DNA of 64,000 bases from the human T2T-CHM13v2.0 reference genome, Homo sapiens, in assembly GCF_009914755.1 (NCBI RefSeq), contig NC_060929.1. One strand, 5' to 3'. This document shows positions 56,113 to 64,000 of this stretch, one piece after another (the stretch's first letter is position 1; each line of letters opens with the position of its first letter). Both the position numbers and the translations under genes were made by a program. The notes under the pieces are model-generated. The model was not told the DNA's origin and ran no database searches. It worked only from the letters and a program-made list of their open reading frames with translations.

Positions 56113-57354
56113 TTTCCGAGGTCGCAGGCGGCTTCCTTGCCCCGTGACCTGGCTGGGGCTGCTTAACTTATGAGCAGTTCGGCTTCCTCGCGGGCGCCGG
56201 GGCGGTGCTGCCTTCTCACACTGCAGTCCTGTGAATATTCCATGCAGTCAGAAGCTCAGGCGGTTCAGGGTGTGGTGGGGCCGCCCAGGACCAGGACCCC
56301 TCCGCATGGGGACCAACCCCTGTTCCACAGCTGGGGAGGGCTAGTGGCTGACACCACAGTGATGAGGCTCTTAACAATTGCTTCTGCCCTCAGGAGGGTA
56401 GCCCAGCACCCCCCTGGGGGAGGGGCCCGACCCAAAAACTGGCCAGCAGTGGGCACATCAGGCCCCTGGGCCTCGACACCAAGGGGGTGATGGGCTCCAG
56501 AGTGCCCGTCGCCGCTGCCCAACTCTGCCCCCAGGTGTGAGTCCCTCGAGCCCTCCGCATAAACCTCTGTGCCCTGGAACCCGACGGGGACACAAGCGGG
56601 AAGTTGACAGCCATGCCCTCTGGAACCTTTAGAAAAGAAACCGGCCCAGTGCAAGGTCGTTCAATGCAGAGCCTCTCCTGAGCACAAACAAAATCCAGAT
56701 GAGTGTCCGCACGGGGCCGTGCGGAGGTCACGGGAGCTGCAGTGTGGGCCGTGGATGGCTCCCTCCCGTACCAAAGGCCGGCGTGAAGACAAGAACACAG
56801 GCAGGCAGACGGCAGTGAAAAGCAGCCAGAAATGGAGGAGCTTCAGAGAGGCCGAAGTCTGAAACAGCCCGAAATGGAGGGGGTTCAGAGGGCCCGAAGC
56901 GGGACGCACCTGCTCCCTCCCGGGGTGCCGGGGCTGTCAGGGAGGGGTGGGCCGAGAAGTGTGGATGGGTACATGGAGGGTCCCGGGCCCTCGGGGTCTG
57001 GCTGGTAGCACTGGGAGGAGGTGAAAAGCAAGGCTTGTGAGGGCTCAGCTCCCAGAGTTGCAACTCTGCGGACTGCAGCGGGGCCTTGGCTCCACCTGCG
57101 CTTCTGGTCTCGGCTGCCCTGACAGCCACTGGGCTCCAGGCAGGCCTGGGTGGTGAGGACGGCGCTGGGCTGCGGCCACCAGATCCATGGCTTCCCTGGA
57201 CAATGACGGGTCAGCCAGACGCTCTAGCTGAGTCAGGGCCTAGGAAACCCCCGCTCCCCCGCCCCATACATGTGAGTCTCCCAAGGGGAGAGCCTAAGGA
57301 ATGCTGAGACGCAGCGGGTGGGGGAGCGGAAAAGTGTTGGCTCAGGAGCTACCA

Positions 57355-57647
57355 TTTTTTTGTGTGTGTGTGACGGAGTTTTGCTCTGTGGCGCAGGCTG
57401 GAGTGCAGTGATGTGATCTCGGCTCACTGCAAGCTCCGCCTCCCAGGTTCACGCCATTCTCCTGCCTCGGCCTCCCCCCAGTAGCTGGGACTACAGGCGC
57501 CTGCCACCACGCCCGGCTAAGTTTTCATATTTTTAAGAGACAGGGTTTCATGGTGTTAACCAGATGGTCTTGATTCCTGACCTTGTGATCCACCCGCCTC
57601 GGCCTCCCAAAGTGCTGGGATTACAGGGATGAGCCACCGCGCCGGCC
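57355..57647 (-). mobile_element. AluY-like with (TG)n in tail
   Basis: CAAGCTCCGCCTCCCAGGTTCACGCCATTCTCC; GAGCTACCAT duplicated at 57346 and 57650. Confidence 0.9.
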
Positions 57648-58365
57648 ACGAGCTACCATCTTAATGCAGAGTGTCGAAGTCTCTCTCCTTGCTGTGCCCA
57701 GCCTGGGGTGCCAGGCTGGGTTCTTGGAATCTGGAGGCTGTGCTGCCCAGGGCAGGACTTCCATGTTCCTGGAGCTTGGCCCTTGTGGGCCCGGGGCAGC
57801 ATCAGCAGGGGTGGCTCTCATGCCCCGGGGCTGCCTCTTTCTCCCCTCAGTGAAGACAGGGTCTGTGCCACTCTGGGCCTCCAGTGTCCCCACCAAGGAG
57901 CAGGCACAGCCCCGTGGGACCCAAGGAGCTGCCGTTCCCCTCTGTGCCTCTTTGCTGTGGACTCTGACCTTCTACCTTATTTCTGATTAAGTCTAAAAAA
58001 AGACAGGAAAAACCAACACGAGCACATCACGTCACCGAGATACAGGGCAGCGGTCAGGGCCGTGAAGTCCCCGGCTCTGCAGAATCCAATGGGGAGAGCA
58101 GTGGCGAGGGTGGCCCTGTGTGCAGAGGTGGCTGCCTGCCCCTGCCGCCCAGCAACCCCCAGCCCAGCCAAGGTCAAGGCCAGTGGGAGGAGCGGCGGGT
58201 TTCTGGACAACACCCAGCAATCAAGGCCCCACTGAGGTCGCTCAGACCACACCCTCGGATCCTCCAGCCACACTCAACAGCACTGCCGGGAAAATGGACG
58301 GAGCTTGATGTCTCTGCCAGCACCTTTACCTCTGCCCCAGACGAAACACTGTTCAGATCACTCAC

Positions 58366-59440
58366 CCTGCCAGGCTCACCACCCTACTGGGACCAACACC
58401 CTACGCAGACCACCACACTGCCCGGACCACCACACTGCCCGGACCACTCACCCTGCCTGGACCACCACACTGCCCAGACCACCACACTGCCCGAACCACC
58501 ACACTGTCCGGACCACTCACCCTGCCCGGACCACCACACTGCCCGGACCACCACACTGCCCGGACCACTCACCCTGTTAAGACTACCACCCTACCCGGAC
58601 CACCACACTGCCTGGAGCACTCACACTGCCCGGATCACCACACTGCCTAGACTACTCACCCTGCCCAGACCACCACACTGCCTGGAGCACTCACACTGCC
58701 CGAACCACCACACTGTCCGGACCACTCACCCTGCCCGGACCACCACACTGCCTGGAGCATTCACACTGCCCGAACCACCACACTGTCCGGACCACTCACC
58801 CTGCCCGGACCACCACACTGCCCGGACCACCACACTGCCCGGACCACTCACCCTGTTAAGACTACCACCCTACCCGGACCACCACACTGCCTGGAGCACT
58901 CACACTGCCCGGATCACCACACTGCCTAGACTACTCACCCTGCCCAGACCACCACACTGCCTGGAGCACTCACACTGCCCGAACCACCACACTGTCCGGA
59001 CCACTCACCCTGCCCGGACCACCACACTGCCTGGAGCATTCACACTGCCCGAACCACCACACTGTCCGGACCACTCACCCTGCCCGGACCACCACACTGC
59101 CCGGACCACCACACTGCCCGGACCACTCACCCTGTTAAGACTACCACCCTACCCGGACCACCACACTGCCTGGAGCACTCACACTGCCCGGATCACCACA
59201 CTGCCTAGACTACTCACCCTGCCCAGACCACCACACTGCCTGGAGCACTCACACTGCCCGGATCACCACACTGCCTAGACTACTCACCCTGCCCAGACCA
59301 CCACACTGCCTGGAGCACTCACCCTACCTAGGCCACACACTGCTTAGACCACCACACTGCCCTGACCACTCACCACCACCCTACCTGGACCACTCATCAT
59401 GCCTGGACCACCACACTGCCCGGACCACCACACAGCTTGG
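58366..59440. repeat. 17-19-bp minisatellite (GACCACCACACTGCCCG family) with 279-bp higher-order repeat
   Basis: Marker CTGTTAAG at 58574, 58853 and 59132. Confidence 0.93.
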
Positions 59441-59599
59441 ACAACCCGCATTGCCACTCACAATGCTAAGTGCAGGAGTCCCAAGGGCCCTTTCTGTAGT
59501 AAATGGGGGTTGGTTTGAGAGGTCTGGGTGATTTTACCTTCCTTGGAAAAGAATTTCCTCTCCATCTGGCAGGGAATGGGCTGGGCAGACCCCTAAATC

Positions 59600-59770
59600 C
59601 AGTGATAATCAAACACGGTATGCCTTGAACCCCAGGGATCTTGTTTAAATGCAGTCTCCGTCCCAGCAGGGCCAGGTGGGCCTGAGACTCTGCACTTCCC
59701 ACAGCTCCTGGGACACCGTTGCTGCTGGACCCCGGGGCACACTGAGCCATGAGGCCCGGTCTGGGTAGGA
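59600..59770. mobile_element. MER5-like DNA transposon fragment
   Basis: CAGGGATCTTGTTTAAATGCAG...GGGCCTGAGACTCTGCACTTC...GCTGCTGGACC..GGGGCACACTGAG. Confidence 0.55.
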
Positions 59771-59934
59771 TGGAGGCGATCCCTGCGGCCTGGGTCCCAG
59801 AGAGGGCAGGCCTCTCTGGTCCTCCTGCCACTTTAAGGGTGTGAGTCAGGGACCAAGGACTCAAAGGCCCTCAGAGGTGCTGAGTGTTGGGCAGCCTGGA
59901 AGCAGCTTCACCTCTAGTCTGTTTTCTCCAGCGC

Positions 59935-60440
59935 CTGGGGCCCTGAGCGGTGCTTTTGCCTTTCCAGCCCCTTTTCTGATGGTCCTCACGGAGGATGGGC
60001 CGCCTCCCGGGGCGCTGAGCAGGTGCTTTTGCCTTTCCAGCCCCTTTTCTGATGGTCCTCACGGAGGATGGGCCGCCTCCCGGGGCGCTGAGCAGGTGCT
60101 TTTGCCTTTCCAGCCCCTTTTCTGATGGTCCTCACGGAGGATGGGCCGCCTCCTGGGGCGCTGAGGAGGTGCTTTTGCCTTTCCAGCCCCTTTTCTGATG
60201 GTCCTCACGGAGGATGGGCCGCCTCCTGGGGCGCTGAGCCACTGCTTTTGCCTTTCCAGCCCCTTTTCTGGTGGTCCTCACGGAGGATGGGCCGCCGCCC
60301 GGGGCGCTGAGCAGGTGCTTTTGCCTTTCCAGCCCCTTTACCTGTGGTCCTCACGGAGGATGGGCCGCCGCCTGGGGCGCTGAGCAGGTGCTTTTGCCTT
60401 TCCAGCCCCTTTTCTGGTGGTCCTCACGGAGGATGGGCTG
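59935..60440. repeat. 73-bp VNTR x7
   Basis: Identical ORF starts at 60125, 60198 and 60271. Confidence 0.94.
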
Positions 60441-60917
60441 CCCCAGCCATCAGCACAATTTAGGAGGGGCTTTGTTTCCTTGGAGGGTGGCAGGTTTTTA
60501 ATCCTGGATCCCGTTCTTCGGTGGTTATAAAACTGTTCGGATTTCACGTCTCCTTGATTGACAGCTTATGTTTTGCGAGGAAATTGTTCGTTTTGTATGT
60601 GTGCATCTGTACATGCGTTATGCACGCGGGACACGCACACGGAGATACCGAGTTTCCGCCGGGTCCCTTTGCTCCCATTTCTGTTTCCAACATCAACCAT
60701 TTGTGCTTCTCTTTTTTCGTGCCAGCGTGTCGTGTTGTCTGTTTCATTATTTCAAAAACCAGCAAGGCTCCACAAGGCTCCATTGATTCTCACCATCCTG
60801 AGGCTCAAGGAACACAGCAGACAGAGATCTCTTCCTCTGTGGGGCTGCCACATGGTGCATTTTAATTGGTAGAATGTTTATTACTCCTCTGTGGGTTTGC
60901 ATTTCCTTTCCTTTGCC

Positions 60918-61574
<657 letters not shown>

Positions 61575-61744
61575 TCATTTTCTCATGCAGCTATTAAGAC
61601 TGTGAACATCCTTGAAGGGTCACCGCACTCTCATGGATCATGTCTATGGTCTCCCTGGGAGGCAGCGCCCACGCTGGGGTCTGCCCGGCAAGGCCTCACC
61701 CAGAGCTGCCTGCCATCTGTGTCCAGCCCTCTCTCTCTGTCCCC

Positions 61745-62040
61745 AACTTTCTATCAATCAGCTATCATCTATCACCTGTCTGTATCAATCTGTCCATGTC
61801 TGTCATCTGTCTGTTTACCTCCCTCTATCGACCACTTATCTGATCATCTCCCAACCAATTTCCCTCCTGTCTGTCCATCTATCATCTATTCATCTGTCCA
61901 TTTACCCATCCATCTATCATCCGTCTCAATTTCTGTATCCATGAATCACCTGTATCTTCATCTTTACCTATATCTACCTCTCTCTCCCTTTCTATATCTC
62001 TATGTCTCTCCATCTGTATGTTTGTCTATCATCCATGTAC
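61745..62040. repeat. Degenerate (TCTA/TCCA)n simple repeat
   Basis: Pyrimidine-rich CTAT/CCAT low-complexity tract. Confidence 0.8.
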
Positions 62041-62997
62041 CTCACTGGCTGTATAATCTTCTGAGGCAGGAACATTCTGGAAGGCACTGGGCTTATTTAG
62101 CCATTCCTCCATCCTTGGCTGACCTGTCAGCTGTCCAGGTTTCCATTGTGACATGAGCTGCTGCTTCGGTTGATGTTCCAGTCTCTCGGCCTCTGCCTGC
62201 GTCCTGCACCTTCCTGTGGTGGAAACTCGAGGTCTGTGTGGAGCGGCCCCCGGCTGGCCCCGCAGCGCATGCAGCCTGGAGAGGAGTCGTGTGGCCCGGG
62301 CAAATGGCGACGTGTCTTCCATAAACCCTGGGTGTGGAAGGTGTGTTTCCTTCTTGCCCAAACCTCTGTTTAAGGGATATTATTCATTTTTGTTTTCACC
62401 AGGCTCTTTTAAAAAGGTACAACAATAATTCTTTGAAAAAAATGTATTGTCTGCTCAACTGTGAGGTTCCAGAAAGGGGAGAAAGCCATCCCAGCTGTAG
62501 GTCCAGGGTCTCTGAGTGACCCCGGAAGAAAGGCAGCATGAGCATAAGTCCTCAGAGGGGGTCCCCAAACCGGGGGACGGAAGCCCTGTTCTTGAACCCC
62601 AGTTCTTCCCCTCTGTGGTCTGGGGGAGCAGACTCAGAGCCTCAGTTTCCCCATCAGCAAGATGGTGGTCCTTGGAGTCCCTTCCAGCATTACGGCTGTG
62701 GCTGTGCTGTTTGCCTTTAGCGGGTTGAAAGGGAAAGACAGGAGGGAAGCAAACCCTTGCGCTCAGTGTTCTGGCGCTGTGAAGAAAATGTACCAGCTGC
62801 CCAGAGGTCCTGTAGACCAGTCCCCAGGAGGGAGTCCTCCCCCAGATGGAGGAGAGCCCGGGTGTGCGGGATCCTGAGAGGCCAGAACACCAGGCAGGCG
62901 GGGCAGGGTGGAGATGCCCCGGCCGCTGGTGCCAGGCTGCATATGCACCGCTGGTGGGCACCAGATCCCTCCCAACACGGACGACCGGACAGCACCA

Positions 62998-64000
62998 ACA
63001 CAGGCCCCCGCAGAGGGGCGCAGCTGACGGGACGGCGCCGACACAGGCCCCCGCAGAGGGGCTCAGCTGACGGGAGGGCGACAACACAGGCCCCCGCAGA
63101 GGGGCGCAGCTGACGGGACGGCGCCGACACAGGCCCCCGCAGAGGGGTTCAGCTCAGGGGACGGCGCCGACACAGGCCCCCGCAGAGGGGCTCAGCTCAG
63201 GGGACGGCGCCGACACAGGCCCCCGCAGAGGGGTTCAGCTCAGGGGACGGCGACGACACAGGCCCCCGCAGAGGGGTTCAGCTCAGGGGACGGCGCCGAC
63301 ACAGGCCCCCGCAGAGGGGCTCAGCTCAGGGGACGGCGCCGACACAGGCCCCCGCAGAGGGGCGCAGCTGACGGGAGGGCGACAACACAGGCCCCCGCAG
63401 AGGGGCTCAGCTCAGGGGACGGCGACGACACAGGCCCCCGCAGAGGGGCGCAGCTCAGGGGACGGCGACGACACAGGCCCCCGCAGAGGGGCGCAGCTGA
63501 CGGGACGGCGCCGACACAGGCCCCCGCAGAGGGGTTCAGCTCAGGGAACGGCGACAACACAGGCCCCCGCAGAGGGGTTCAGCTCAGGGAACGGCGACGA
63601 CACAGGCCCCCGCAGAGGGGCGCAGCTGACGGGACGGCGCCGACACAGGCCCCCGCAGAGGGGTTCAGCTCAGGGAACGGCGACAACACAGGCCCCCGCA
63701 GAGGGGTTCAGCTCAGGGGACGGCGACGACACAGGCCCCCGCAGAGGGGCGCAGCTGACGGGACGGCGCCGACACAGGCCCCCGCAGAGGGGCGCAGCTG
63801 ACGGGACGGCGCCGACACAGGCCCCCGCAGAGGGGCGCAGCTGACGGGACGGCGCCGACACAGGCCCCCGCAGAGGGGTTCAGCTCAGGGAACGGCGACA
63901 ACACAGGCCCCCGCAGAGGGGTTCAGCTCAGGGGACGGCGACGACACAGGCCCCCGCAGAGGGGCGCAGCTGACGGGACGGCGCCGACACAGGCCCCCGC
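62998..64000. repeat. 43-bp CpG-rich VNTR (ACACAGGCCCCCGCAGAGGGGCGCAGCTGACGGGACGGCGCCG), at least 23 copies, runs off the window
   Basis: Direct inspection; several recurring unit variants. Confidence 0.96.

Noticed and set aside
58118-59278. 386-aa ORF with 93-aa repeats
   Set aside because: Product of a minisatellite higher-order repeat; starts at a non-ATG codon, with no domain or splice evidence.

Overview
Human (primate) GC-rich subtelomeric-type DNA that I recognise as the 5' end of SLC9A3 (NHE3, Na+/H+ exchanger 3; chr5p15.33). The only supportable coding sequence is SLC9A3 exon 1 (minus strand, 22534-22744), which lies in a CpG-island promoter. Positions 1-22533 are intron 1 (exon 2 lies outside the window) and about 41 kb is upstream DNA. 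The upstream part holds the MIR4456 hairpin, a second CpG island and a solo LTR12 (ERV9) with an intact target-site duplication. Alus, old L1 and DNA-transposon fragments and about 20 unrelated tandem arrays are spread across the window. All other long ORFs are repeat or GC artefacts. I found no convincing new gene system. The best leads are regulatory or structural: a uORF just ahead of the NHE3 start codon, opposed splice donors upstream of the promoter, a candidate HNF1/GATA/FOX/CDX enhancer, a 55-bp near-perfect inverted repeat bracketing a VNTR, a large GGGTCA/G-quadruplex array, higher-order structure in several VNTRs, and minisatellites born inside old transposons. Coordinates and copy numbers were read by eye and may be off by a few bases.
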